Assembly: GCA_964472315.1 (NCBI GenBank)
Contig: CAYYJS010000007.1
Coordinates: 14,299-78,298 of the forward strand
DNA from: an uncultured Victivallales bacterium
Lineage (GTDB): Bacteria; Verrucomicrobiota; Kiritimatiellia; UBA8416
Direction of reading: 5' to 3'
DNA: 64,000 bases
Shown: positions 1-9,503 of the stretch, piece after piece
Numbering within the stretch: position 1 is the first letter of the stretch
Layout: every line of letters starts with the position of its first letter
Notes under the pieces: model-generated
What the model was told of the DNA's origin: nothing
Databases searched by the model: none
What the model saw: only the letters and a program-made list of their open reading frames with translations
Program-made: the position numbers and the translations under genes

Positions 1-520
1 ATCCCTGCTGTTGGACGCGATCATGGCTGTGCTGGAGGGGAGCGCAAAGGGCGGTGCGTCCGGACTGGTGGAAATGACGCCCCCCGCCCTTCAAGGAAGG
101 GTCCGGCCTTCCGCGCGGATTCTCCTGGTGGAGGACAACGCCGTGAACCGCATGGTGGCTCTCAAGCAACTGCTCAAGCTGGGCTACACCCGTACAGACG
201 CCGCCTGCAACGGACGCGAAGCCGTCGAAGCATTGGCGACGAAAGAGTATGACATCATCCTGATGGACTGTCAGATGCCCGAAATGGACGGCTTTGAAGC
301 CACGGGGCGCATTCGGGACCAGGAACGGCAGCGGGGGGTGGCGGGCCGCAGGACGCCCATCGTGGCCATGACGGCCAATGCCCTGGAAGGCGATCGGGAA
401 AAATGCGTCGAAGCAGGCATGGACGATTACATTTCGAAACCAGTCCGGGTCGAGCTCCTGAAGAAAGTGTTGGAGCAGTGGGGCCCGGGGGGAACTGTCC
501 GGGAAGGAAGCGTGGCGTGA
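1..520 (+). CDS. C-terminal CheY-like receiver (REC) domain of a hybrid sensor kinase / response regulator; 5' end truncated by window
   Basis: ORF 11..520 translation has the receiver signature: [13 protein letters not shown]...[14 protein letters not shown]...MTANA. Frame is open to the window start. Confidence 0.7.
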   Translation, partial: SLLLDAIMAVLEGSAKGGASGLVEMTPPALQGRVRPSARILLVEDNAVNRMVALKQLLKLGYTRTDAACNGREAVEALATKEYDIILMDCQMPEMDGFEATGRIRDQERQRGVAGRRTPIVAMTANALEGDREKCVEAGMDDYISKPVRVELLKKVLEQWGPGGTVREGSVA

Positions 521-573
521 CCGCGTTGAAGCCTGAAGAACTGGAGGATCGCGCCCGGCAAGGGTTTGGCGGG

Positions 574-903
574 ATGGTTCCCGACCTGGCCGAACGGTGC
601 CGCGAATTCGCCGTGGATGCCTCCGAAGTGGAGGATGAGATGATGTCGATTTTCAAGCCCCATATTGGCGGAGTGATCGCCGCGATCGCGGTGGCGGCGG
701 CGAACCGGAGCGAACCGGAGATCCGACGGAGCGCCCACTCCCTGCGCGGGATGGGCGGGACGATCGGGGTCCCCACGTTGTCGGTGGTCGCGGCGGAACT
801 GAGCGAGGCCGCCAAGCGGGGCGATTACAGCGGGTGTCTGGCGCTGGCGCGGGGGCTCCAGGAATGGGACCGCGCCTGGTCACTCGGGAGGGCCACGTCA
901 TGA
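574..903 (+). CDS. Histidine phosphotransfer (Hpt) domain protein
   Basis: HSLRGMGGTIG motif (phospho-His of Hpt) in ORF 403..903. Start moved to the internal Met at 574 downstream of the REC stop; exact start uncertain. Confidence 0.55.
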   Translation: MVPDLAERCREFAVDASEVEDEMMSIFKPHIGGVIAAIAVAAANRSEPEIRRSAHSLRGMGGTIGVPTLSVVAAELSEAAKRGDYSGCLALARGLQEWDRAWSLGRATS

Positions 904-2516
904 CCGCGACTTCCCTTGTCGCGAGCGATCGCCTGGTCGGGCGCGTTCTGGTGGTCGACGATGAGCTCCCGAACCGGGAGTACCTGCGCAAACTTCTGAC
1001 GGGGCGGGGGTGCCAGGTGACGGTGGCGGACAGCGGCGAGCAGGCGTTGCGGCTGACCTGCCAGGAAGTTCCGGACCTGATCCTTGTGGACATCATGATG
1101 CCGGGCATGACGGGGTATGACGTTTCCCGGTCCCTGCGGGCGGACCCCCGGACCCGTGACATCCCCGTGATTATGGTGACCGCCCGGGCGGACATCGAAG
1201 ATATCGAAACGGGGTTCGATGCCGGCGCCTTCGACTACATCCGCAAGCCGTTCAATCCGCGCGAGTTGATCGCCCGGGTCCACAATGCCCTGGACCTGAA
1301 GCGCAGCCATGACGCATTGATGCAGTGGAAAGAGCGAATGTCCCGCGAACTCAAAATGGCGGGATCCCTGCAACGCAAACTGCTTTCAACCACGCCCCTG
1401 TTCTCCGCGGACCTCGAAGTCCGGATGACGTACCGCCCCAGCATGGCCATCGGAGGCGACGTATTCGATGCCATCAAGCTGCCGGACGGGTCGGTGTGCG
1501 TCTATGTCGGCGACGTATCCGGACATGGGGTGGGTGCGGCGATGGTCGCCTCCCTGTTGAAAGTGATCGTCACCGAGGTTGTCTTGGGATACTGGGCGCA
1601 AGGGGTTGCCGTGGTGCATCGGACGATCGAAGAACGGTTCCGGCGCAATGTGACCAACCCCGAAATCTATGCCACGCTGTTTCTTGGCCTCTACGATGCG
1701 GGCGCACGGGTGTGGAAATGCGTCAACTGCGGGCATCCCGAACCCTTGGTCTGGGATGGAAACGCCGCTCCGAAAGTGCGTCCCCTGTCGGGGGACGGGA
1801 GTCTCCCCATCGGATTCGATGACGGGCATCTGGTCGGGGAGGAAGAACCGGCCGAGTTGACCATGCGCGCGACGCCGGGGGCGTCTCTGCTGATCTATAC
1901 GGACGGCCTCTCGGAAGCCTGTCGCGCGAGCCGAGACGATGTCTGCGGGATAGACGGGGTCATGGCGGGATTCGCCGCAGCCATGGCGACCAATGGCGAC
2001 AAGGTTTCCGAGGGACTCATGGATCGCCTCATCCAGGATGGCTACCACCTGGACAAGGATGACTGTACCGTCATGATCGTCCACTGTCTGGATCCCGCCG
2101 AGATCGTCCTCGAAACATCGATTCCCCCCACGATGGGGGCTGTGGCGAAACTGGCCGAGAACAGCGAGCATGCGCTTCTCGCATCCGGTTGGGGGGCTAC
2201 GGCCGCCGGCGCCGTACGGTTGCTTGTCATGGAGTATGGCGCCAACCTTGTCGAGCATGGCCGGAGCCCGGCATCGTCGAAGATCGCGTTTCAGCTTCGG
2301 CAGCGCGCCTCGTCCTGCAGAATCCTGTTTTCGGATAGCGGGAGGGATTGGGATATGGACGGCTGGCTGGCGCGGGAATACACGGCGAGCCCATCGGATG
2401 AGCGCGGCCGCGGTTGGGCGATCATCCGGGCCATCGCCTCCCGGATCGAGATGATCCGGCGTTACCATGAGAATATCGGGGTTTTTGAGGTTGCAAAGGA
2501 CTACCACCCCAAGTAA
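900..2516 (+). CDS. Fusion protein: receiver (REC) + PP2C/SpoIIE-type Ser phosphatase (RsbU-like) + HATPase_c anti-sigma-factor-kinase-like (RsbW-like) domain
   Basis: REC: VLVVDDE...LILVDIMMPGMTG...VIMVTARAD. PP2C: SMAIGGDVFD...VYVGDVSGHGVGAAM...YTDGLSEA. C-terminal HATPase-like: MEYGANLVEHG...GRGWAIIRAIA. ATG at 900 overlaps the Hpt stop (ATGA). Confidence 0.8.
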   Translation: MTATSLVASDRLVGRVLVVDDELPNREYLRKLLTGRGCQVTVADSGEQALRLTCQEVPDLILVDIMMPGMTGYDVSRSLRADPRTRDIPVIMVTARADIEDIETGFDAGAFDYIRKPFNPRELIARVHNALDLKRSHDALMQWKERMSRELKMAGSLQRKLLSTTPLFSADLEVRMTYRPSMAIGGDVFDAIKLPDGSVCVYVGDVSGHGVGAAMVASLLKVIVTEVVLGYWAQGVAVVHRTIEERFRRNVTNPEIYATLFLGLYDAGARVWKCVNCGHPEPLVWDGNAAPKVRPLSGDGSLPIGFDDGHLVGEEEPAELTMRATPGASLLIYTDGLSEACRASRDDVCGIDGVMAGFAAAMATNGDKVSEGLMDRLIQDGYHLDKDDCTVMIVHCLDPAEIVLETSIPPTMGAVAKLAENSEHALLASGWGATAAGAVRLLVMEYGANLVEHGRSPASSKIAFQLRQRASSCRILFSDSGRDWDMDGWLAREYTASPSDERGRGWAIIRAIASRIEMIRRYHENIGVFEVAKDYHPK

Positions 2517-2540
2517 CAATGCCGCCGGTTTTTCGCTCCC

Positions 2541-3275
2541 ATGAATGACAGCATTTACGCGGCTCGTGCGGCAATGTTCAAGGAACTGAATCTGCCGACA
2601 TCCCATTCCGGCATCCGGATGTTACGGATGCGCCACATCGTCAAGCTCGGTTTCTGGGAAGTCGGATTGAGAAGCGTCTATGCCGTGAAGCGGGTCATGG
2701 ACCTGGCCATCGGGGCGATGGCGCTGATCATGCTGGTGCCGCTGTTCCTGGCGGTGGGGCTGGCGATCGTTCTGGAAGACGGGTTCCCCATCTTTTTCGC
2801 CCAGGACCGTGTCGGGCTGAATGGCCGGGTGTTCCGCTTCTACAAGTTCCGCTCCATGTTCCGCAATGCCGAACAGCTCAAGGACGCGCTCATGAAGCAG
2901 AACGAGTCCGGGGACGGGGTCATTTTCAAAATGAAGAACGACCCCAGGATCACCAGGGTCGGGCGGTTCATCCGACGGTACAGCATCGACGAGATGCCGC
3001 AGTTTCTCAACGTGTTGCTGGGCGACCTCTCGATTGTCGGGCCGCGTCCTCCGGTCCCCAGGGAAGTGGCCCAATACACACTCGACGATCGCAAACGGTT
3101 GCACATCAAACCGGGTCTGACCTGCCTATGGCAGATTCAGGGCCGATCCGAGATTCCGTTCAAGGAACAAGTGCGGCTCGATTTGCAGTACATCCACAGC
3201 CAGAGTGTGATAAAGGATCTGGCGATCATGGTGAAGACCGTGCCCGCCGTGTTGCTGGGCCGGGGGGCGTTTTGA
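2541..3275 (+). CDS. Polyprenyl-phosphate sugar phosphotransferase (bacterial sugar transferase, WbaP/WcaJ C-terminal-type)
   Basis: Single TM followed by the Bac_transf signature: VFRFYKFRSM...DPRITRVGRFIRRYSIDEMPQFLNVLLGDLSIVGPRP. Confidence 0.85.
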   Translation: MNDSIYAARAAMFKELNLPTSHSGIRMLRMRHIVKLGFWEVGLRSVYAVKRVMDLAIGAMALIMLVPLFLAVGLAIVLEDGFPIFFAQDRVGLNGRVFRFYKFRSMFRNAEQLKDALMKQNESGDGVIFKMKNDPRITRVGRFIRRYSIDEMPQFLNVLLGDLSIVGPRPPVPREVAQYTLDDRKRLHIKPGLTCLWQIQGRSEIPFKEQVRLDLQYIHSQSVIKDLAIMVKTVPAVLLGRGAF

Positions 3276-3291
3276 AAGCGGAGGCAATGCA

Positions 3292-3630
3292 ATGAATGTC
3301 AAGTTTGAAGAACGCGGGGCCATCGGGGTGGTGATGCCGCAGGGGGCCATAACGGCCGAAACCACCGATTCGTTCCGGGATCTGTTTGTGGACTGGTTCC
3401 GGCGTGCGGACGGCGTGAAGAATGTGGTCCTTGATCTTTCGCAGGTGGATTTCATGGACAGTTCCGGTCTGGGCACCATCATTGCGTTGCTCAGGCGGGT
3501 TACGGAGCGGGGAGGGGATATGAAGATTGTCGGCCCGAAGAGGGTCCGGATGATTTTCGAGATTACCCGTGCGTACAAGGTTTTCGACATCGTCGATTCC
3601 GTGGACGAAGCCATTGCAATATGCGAGTGA
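3292..3630 (+). CDS. STAS-domain anti-sigma-factor antagonist (SpoIIAA/RsbV-like)
   Basis: 112 aa; DLSQVDFMDSSGLGTIIAL motif with the phosphorylatable Ser in the canonical position. Confidence 0.85.
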   Translation: MNVKFEERGAIGVVMPQGAITAETTDSFRDLFVDWFRRADGVKNVVLDLSQVDFMDSSGLGTIIALLRRVTERGGDMKIVGPKRVRMIFEITRAYKVFDIVDSVDEAIAICE

Positions 3631-4078
3631 AAGCGGTTCTTCACACGGGTTTGGTCGAGTCCTGGGCGACCGTGCTGGGTGATATTCCCTGGCCGCTCCT
3701 GCCCGTCGGGAATCGCCCTTTTATCGAGTATTGGTTCGAAGAGTGCATCCGTCACGGTATCAAGGACATCCGACTCGTCCTGGGAGAAGGCGCCCATGCC
3801 TGGGGCGCATCCTGCCGGACGAAGAGTTGAAACAGCTCGGCGTCTATTTCGAGGATCGCATGTACGGCGATCTGGTCTTCCTGATGAATACGGCCATTCA
3901 GATTGTGCCGAGTTTCATGGGAAACAAGCGGGTGGCGGGGTTGCATGGCTTCCATCCGAAGGATGCGGATTCGTATGCGATGCTGCTAAGCAACCGTCCG
4001 ATCCCGGAGTCGGTCACCCGTATCCATCGCATCCACGACCTGATGGTGCGCGACTTGCCCGAACTCACTTGGCCGTAG
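3627..4078 (+). pseudogene. Gene remnants: N-terminal ~65 aa of a nucleotidyltransferase (frame 0) followed, after a frame change, by a C-terminal ~80 aa fragment resembling the nucleotide pyrophosphatase/phosphodiesterase (AP-superfamily) family
   Basis: VKAVLHTGL...PLLPVGNRPFIEY...DIRLVLG matches the NTP_transferase N-terminus but stops at 3830. The overlapping frame carries GLHGFHPKDADSYAMLLSNRP (G-HG(Y/F)...M...GP motif), the same C-terminal signature seen in the AP-superfamily protein at 27695. Neither piece is full length. Confidence 0.3.
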
Positions 4079-5168
4079 GGGGCGCGGCGGTCCGGGCGAG
4101 GGTGTTGGATTTCGTGTCCTTCCAGACCCCCTTGAGCTGCCCGGACTTGAGCCGGGCATTGGCGGCCAGCAGGACAACCGCGTCCATCAGAAAGCCCAGA
4201 CACGCCGTCGGCAGTTTCAAGGGTATCTGAGCGAAGGGAAGGTGGGTCAGGCGCTTGAAGCGGACCGCCAGCGCGCCGGGATACATGACCCACCAGCCGC
4301 CCGCTTTCACCCGCTCGCGGATCAGGGCGCGATACCATTCCGGGTCGCGGGCGTTGTTGTCCCGGATGATTTCCCCGGCGTTCCGGTCGCCCACGCGATC
4401 TTTCAGGTACTCGCGGAGATACACGTGGATGGCGTGCGCGATCTGCTGGCGGCGCTGGTTGAGGAACACATCCCGGAGACGGGTGTAGGATTCGAAGACA
4501 TGCGAAGCGTTGGGTGCGCGGATCACGCGGCGGTTATCCGCGGGCCGCCGGAAAAGATCCGTGCAGACCATGAACTTGATGAAGCCGTCGTCCGTCATCA
4601 GGCCGGGCGGCATGTAGATGTCGCGGAGGATGGGACCGCGCGCGCAATAGAGTTGACCGGTGATCTGGGCAGGGGCCGCCTGCGTCATCTGGCCGACGGC
4701 CAGCGAGATGCGATCGAAGAGCGTTTTGCGCTTCTTGAAGAGAATGTGCTTCTGAGGCAGATCGGTGGAGACGAGCGCCTCGGGATTCCTCTCCAGCGCG
4801 GCGACCATGCTGGCCAGCGTTTCGGGGTTTGAGAACGTGATATCGGCGTCCATGAGCACGAGGTAATCGGCATGGGGATCCGCGAAGTCGTGGACATAAT
4901 GGTTCCACGCATTCGCTTTTCCCGGTTCCGGCAAGACATGCACCTGCCAGCTCAGGGTTTCGGGAGGGAAGGGCGCGGCCAGGGATTCCAGGGCGGTCCG
5001 GGCGATGTCCGCCGTGTTGTCGGTGCAAGCGTTTGGAACGACGACGATTTCGAAATGGGCTTTCAGGTCGGTCAGTTGCTTCAGCAGGCTTTGCTCAAAC
5101 AGGGACTTGAGGCTGGTCGCGATGATTTCGGCTTCGTTCCACGCCATGATGCCCAGACTGATTCTCAT
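4065..5168 (-). CDS. Family 2 glycosyltransferase
   Basis: ISLGIMAWNEAEII...VVVPNACTDNTADIA...LVLMDADI (DxD) GT-A fold signature. Start chosen at Met 44 of ORF 4065..5297; upstream part is low-complexity. Confidence 0.7.
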   Translation of the reverse strand: MRISLGIMAWNEAEIIATSLKSLFEQSLLKQLTDLKAHFEIVVVPNACTDNTADIARTALESLAAPFPPETLSWQVHVLPEPGKANAWNHYVHDFADPHADYLVLMDADITFSNPETLASMVAALERNPEALVSTDLPQKHILFKKRKTLFDRISLAVGQMTQAAPAQITGQLYCARGPILRDIYMPPGLMTDDGFIKFMVCTDLFRRPADNRRVIRAPNASHVFESYTRLRDVFLNQRRQQIAHAIHVYLREYLKDRVGDRNAGEIIRDNNARDPEWYRALIRERVKAGGWWVMYPGALAVRFKRLTHLPFAQIPLKLPTACLGFLMDAVVLLAANARLKSGQLKGVWKDTKSNTLARTAAPPTAK

Positions 5169-5351
5169 CCCGAACCACCCTTCTGCCGTGCGGTCTTGAC
5201 TCTTCAAGGGCCGCATCATAGCCGGAATCGATTCCCCCGGAAGGAAAACCCGCCATGCCTCGTCCACGGCTCCTGGAGGGCGAGGCGACATGAACACCCA
5301 ACAGCCAACAAGGACAGTCCTTTATCGACTGTGTCCCTTATCGACTGCGGG

Positions 5352-6113
5352 TCAATGGCGGGGCTCAAGTTCGGTGTAGCCGACGTCGTCCGAATCGAGC
5401 ATCGTCTTCAGGTCGGCGAGGCCGCGGGCGACGTCCTCCGGCGATCCCTTGATGCCGAGGTGCACCCGCGGGCCGTCCTTGGCAAACGCAGGCAGACTCG
5501 AAAAGCCGAGGGTGGGATGCGCCAGGATGAACTGCTCCATGAGGTAGACGAGATCGGCCTCCTTGGCGCGCGGCAGGACGAGCGTGGCGGAGGCGCGTTC
5601 GGCGCCCAGTGCGAAGTGGGTCTCGAGCACCCATCGCATCATCGGGTGCGCCATGGAAGGGAACCCCGGCAGGAAGTACCCGTTGGCGATGAAAAACCCG
5701 GGGACCCGGTTCACGGGGTTGGGAACGAGCCTGGCACCCTTGGGAAAGCAGACCATCAGCAGCCGCTGCGGGGTGGCCCCGCCCTCGAATCGTTCGCGGA
5801 TGATGGCGACGCCTTCCGGGTGGTGTTCGAGTTCGATACCCAGCGCGCGGGCCGCGCAATCCCGTGTCAGGTCGTCCGGGGTCGCGCCGATGCCGCCGCA
5901 ACAGAAGAAGGGCTCCGGCCGGGCAAAGGCCCAGCGCAACTGCGCCTCGATCGTCGGCGCGTCGTCGGGCAACGTCATGGTCCAACCCAACGGGATGCGG
6001 TATTCCGTCAGGAGTCCGAGCGCAAAGGGGAAATGGGCGTCGGTTTGTTGTCCGTCGAGGACTTCGTTTCCGATCACGATCAGACCGAACTGCGCGGCGT
6101 GTCTCTTTGTCAT
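5352..6113 (-). CDS. Molybdopterin-binding (MoCF_biosynth/CinA-like) domain protein
   Basis: GLIVIGNEVLDGQQTD...CCGGIGATPDDLT motif of the MoaB/MogA/CinA fold. ATG overlaps the upstream TatD stop (ATGA coupling). Confidence 0.7.
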   Translation of the reverse strand: MTKRHAAQFGLIVIGNEVLDGQQTDAHFPFALGLLTEYRIPLGWTMTLPDDAPTIEAQLRWAFARPEPFFCCGGIGATPDDLTRDCAARALGIELEHHPEGVAIIRERFEGGATPQRLLMVCFPKGARLVPNPVNRVPGFFIANGYFLPGFPSMAHPMMRWVLETHFALGAERASATLVLPRAKEADLVYLMEQFILAHPTLGFSSLPAFAKDGPRVHLGIKGSPEDVARGLADLKTMLDSDDVGYTELEPRH

Positions 6114-6922
6114 ATCGCGGGGCTCCCGGGGTTCAGTTGCCAGAGTTTCGAGGCGTTGGTGGTGGTCAGCGTCATGATGGCGTTGGGGGTGACGCCGCGC
6201 AGTTCGGCAAGGCGTTGCGCGACGATGGGGAGATTGGCCAACTGGTTGAGCGGCCGGGCGTCGGCGACGGACGTCCCCGCGGGGGCGCCGCCGACGGGCA
6301 GCATATCCGGGCTATCGGTCTCGACGAGCAGGCGATCCTCCGGTACGGCGGGAACGGTCAGGGCGGCGCGGCGGTTGCCGGGATAGGTGATCGATCCCGC
6401 GAACGAAAAAAGGGCACCCATGTCGGCAAGTTCCCGAATGAGTTCGGGCGCGCCGGAATAGGCATGCATGACAAAGCCCGCCGGGTAGGGCGCCCACGGG
6501 CGCAGCACGTCGAGCAGGGCGGCCCAGGCCTCGCGGCAATGCACCGTGAAGGGCCGGCGCAGGTCGCGCGCGAGGGCGACCTGCGCGGCGAACGCGTCGC
6601 GCTGCACGGTATCGGCGCGCGGTTTGACGGCATGGTCCAGGCCGATCTCGCCGACGGAGGCGCCGGGGTTGTCCGCGAGCCTGCGTGCGAGCCGGTCGAG
6701 CCAGTCGCCCGAGGCGGAGGCGGCATACCAGGGGTGGACGCCGAAGGCCGGGAGCACGCCGGGATGTTCATCCGCCAGCATTCCGACGCGAGCCCAGTCG
6801 TCCGGCGCCGACCCGCAGCATACGCAGGCGATGACGCGGGCCGCGCGGGCGCGGGTCAGAATGTCGGGCACCAGTCCTGACAGGCGTTCGTCCTGGAGGT
6901 GACAGTGTGCATCGATGAACAT
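6110..6922 (-). CDS. TatD-family metal-dependent hydrolase/DNase
   Basis: MFIDAHCHL...GEIGLD...HCR...ETDSP signature; start set at MFIDAHCHL (alternative Met at 6943). Confidence 0.8.
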   Translation of the reverse strand: MFIDAHCHLQDERLSGLVPDILTRARAARVIACVCCGSAPDDWARVGMLADEHPGVLPAFGVHPWYAASASGDWLDRLARRLADNPGASVGEIGLDHAVKPRADTVQRDAFAAQVALARDLRRPFTVHCREAWAALLDVLRPWAPYPAGFVMHAYSGAPELIRELADMGALFSFAGSITYPGNRRAALTVPAVPEDRLLVETDSPDMLPVGGAPAGTSVADARPLNQLANLPIVAQRLAELRGVTPNAIMTLTTTNASKLWQLNPGSPAI

Positions 6923-6932
6923 GGCGATCAGG

Positions 6933-9503
6933 TCATCCGGCATCGGGCGTGGGTGAAGGCGGCGGCGGTGGTTCGGCCAGGGGCAGGTAGATGCGGAACG
7001 TCGAACCGACGCCGGGCGTGCTGTCGACGGTGATATGGCCCTTGTGCTGGGTGACGATCCGGTACACCGTCGAAAGCCCGAGGCCCGCATTCCGGTCATC
7101 CTTTTTGGTGCTGAAAAAGGGCTCGAAGATATGGGTCATCGTTTCTTCCGACATGCCGACGCCGGTATCGGCGATCGTGATGACTCCGTAACCCACGGCG
7201 TTTACGGAGGCGTCGGCGACGCCTGCCATCAGCGGGTCGCGTCCCTCGCTGAAGTCCACGCGAGTGGTGGCGATGGTCAAGGTTCCGCCATTCGGCATCG
7301 CCTCGGCCGCGTTGATGGCGATGTGGAGGATGGCCTGACTGATCTGACTCTCGTCGACCTCCACCTTGCCGACGTCATCCGACGCCTCGACCGTCAGTTT
7401 CACGGACTGCGGCATGGCCTTGCGGAGCAGTTCCGAGATGCCGTCGATGGCGCGCCGCAGGCGGACCTTGACGGTGCGCAGGTCGGCCGGGTGGGCGAAG
7501 GTCATCAACTCGGTCGTCAACGGCGTAATCCGGTTCACGGACGCGATGATCTGTTCCAGCAGGTGCTGGAGATCGATGGAGTCGCCGGCCTTGCGGCGCG
7601 CCAGTTCGGCGCTGCCGAGGATCATCACCAGAATGTTCGTGAAATCGTGTGCGATCTTATGGGCCAATTGACCGACGGCGGCCATTTTCTGCGACTGGCG
7701 CACCTGACGTTCCAGCACCCGTTCCGCCGTTACGTCGCGCTTGACGGCCACGAAACTGGCGATCTCGCCGTCCTCCGCGTCCCTGAAAATCGGCGAAATC
7801 GCGGCGTCTTCCTCGTAGAGCGAGCCGTCCTTGCGGCGGTTGATGAAATGGCCGCGCCAGGTCTTGCCGGCGCGCAGCGTTCGCCAGATCTCGGCGTAGA
7901 ACGCGGGGCTGTGCCTGCCGCTCATGAAGATGCGCACATTTTGCCCCATGACCTCGTCCGCGGTATAGCCGGTGCTCGCCAGAAGGTAGGGGTTCGCGTA
8001 CTCGATCTTGCCGTCGGCATCGGTGATCAGAATGGACTCCGCGGCCTGGTTCACGGCCGCCGCGAGTTGTCTGATCTGTTCGCCGCTCTGCTGAACCTGT
8101 ACGCGCAGGGCATCGCGCGCTTCGATCAGCGATTCGCGTTGCCGCTTCTGCTCGGTGATGTCCCGGAACACCGCCAGGATGCGCCAGTGTCCGAGGATGG
8201 AGCAGCGCTGCAAATCGACCGATATCCAGAACGTGGAGCCGTCCCGGCGGTAGGCAAGCCACTCGAAGGTCTGTCGCCCCTCGGTGACGGCTTTATCGAG
8301 CCAGCGCCTGGCATCGGCGGCGGCGTAAGGCGCCGTCTCGCCGACGGGCAGGGACGCCAGGTCTTCGGGCGCGCATCGGAACATGCGCAGGGCTTCGGCA
8401 TTGGCATCGAGAATCCGCAGACTCCCGATTTCGTGGACGAAAATGCCGTCCGATGTGACGTCGAAAATGGTCCGGTAGGTTTCGGCGGCGACTTGCGTGG
8501 CGCGCCGGTTGTCGGCCATGAGCTGCAGGCGGCGACGGGAAAGGGTGGATGCCGCGAGACACAGGGATGCGAGCAAGGTCGCCAACGCGAAGACCAGCGC
8601 GAGCATGCCGGGCGGCGTCCAACCCGCGGTGTTGCGCAGAACCAGCAGGGTCCAGTTCCCGGCGGGATCATCCATGTCGATGGGGTGTCGTGCGACCGCG
8701 TACCGTGACGCTTCGAAATCGGTGTAAGGTTGGGTGGCGTCCAGGAGGATGGGGGAGGGTTGCTTCGCCGCGTCCGCGGCGGCATTCGATGGCATGGTCG
8801 TCATCGTCGACACGTACCGCAGGATCCAGTCCTGACGGTTGGCCGAAAAAACCTCACCGGACGGGTCTACGACGGCGACCGTGTCCGTCGAATGGGCGAA
8901 GAGCGAGTCGATATCGTCCGCGGGCATCTTGACCACGACGACGCCGATGACGGAGGAGTGGCCGTCTCTGTCGGGCAATGACCGAACCGGGGCCGAATAG
9001 TAGATGCCGCGCTTGCCGGTGGTGAGTCCGAGCGTCATGTAGCGCGCGGGACGGCCCTCAAGGGCGCGTCGGAAGTACGGCCGGAAGTCGTACGCGATGC
9101 CGGTGGCGGTCGCGCCGTCGTCGAACGGGCTGCAGACGACGATGACGCCGGCGGTGTTCATGCCGTAGATGACCGAAGCGTCGAGAAGGTCGCGCGTCTG
9201 GATCAGCGACTGCACGAGGCTTGGCGGGTCGGGCGGCAGTACGCCGGTCACCGTACTCTTCAGACGCAGGTTGGACACCCCCATGGCATCCGCCGCGCCG
9301 CGGGCGGGTGACCGTCGAAGCGTCTCGTCGAACCGGGCGGCATACTCGTGCGTGTCCCGTTGGAAACGGCGCGCGTGATGGTCGCGCATGCGCAAGGCGA
9401 CAAGCAGGCAGACCGTCCCGGCGATGACGAGCGTCAGGGCCGCGGCCGCGACGAACGGCATCAGTCGGAAGCGTCTGGCGGTTTCGAAGGAGCGTTCCTG
9501 CAT
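6933..9503 (-). CDS. Sensor histidine kinase with periplasmic Cache-like domain, two TM helices, two or more PAS domains, HisKA and HATPase domains
   Basis: TM1 FVAAAALTLVIAGTVCLLVAL; ~270-aa periplasmic region; TM2 LALVFALATLLASLCLAA; PAS segments (YRTIFDVTSDGIFVHE..., ILITDADGKIEYANP...); H-box QLAHKIAHDFTN; HATPase GTLTI...DTGVGMS...GLGLS. Start chosen at MQERSF. Confidence 0.8.
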   Translation of the reverse strand: MQERSFETARRFRLMPFVAAAALTLVIAGTVCLLVALRMRDHHARRFQRDTHEYAARFDETLRRSPARGAADAMGVSNLRLKSTVTGVLPPDPPSLVQSLIQTRDLLDASVIYGMNTAGVIVVCSPFDDGATATGIAYDFRPYFRRALEGRPARYMTLGLTTGKRGIYYSAPVRSLPDRDGHSSVIGVVVVKMPADDIDSLFAHSTDTVAVVDPSGEVFSANRQDWILRYVSTMTTMPSNAAADAAKQPSPILLDATQPYTDFEASRYAVARHPIDMDDPAGNWTLLVLRNTAGWTPPGMLALVFALATLLASLCLAASTLSRRRLQLMADNRRATQVAAETYRTIFDVTSDGIFVHEIGSLRILDANAEALRMFRCAPEDLASLPVGETAPYAAADARRWLDKAVTEGRQTFEWLAYRRDGSTFWISVDLQRCSILGHWRILAVFRDITEQKRQRESLIEARDALRVQVQQSGEQIRQLAAAVNQAAESILITDADGKIEYANPYLLASTGYTADEVMGQNVRIFMSGRHSPAFYAEIWRTLRAGKTWRGHFINRRKDGSLYEEDAAISPIFRDAEDGEIASFVAVKRDVTAERVLERQVRQSQKMAAVGQLAHKIAHDFTNILVMILGSAELARRKAGDSIDLQHLLEQIIASVNRITPLTTELMTFAHPADLRTVKVRLRRAIDGISELLRKAMPQSVKLTVEASDDVGKVEVDESQISQAILHIAINAAEAMPNGGTLTIATTRVDFSEGRDPLMAGVADASVNAVGYGVITIADTGVGMSEETMTHIFEPFFSTKKDDRNAGLGLSTVYRIVTQHKGHITVDSTPGVGSTFRIYLPLAEPPPPPSPTPDAG

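Noticed and set aside
4255-4832. Plus-strand ORFs 4242..4832 and 4255..4488 overlapping the GT2 gene
   Set aside because: They are antisense to a gene with a clear GT-A signature and have no motifs.
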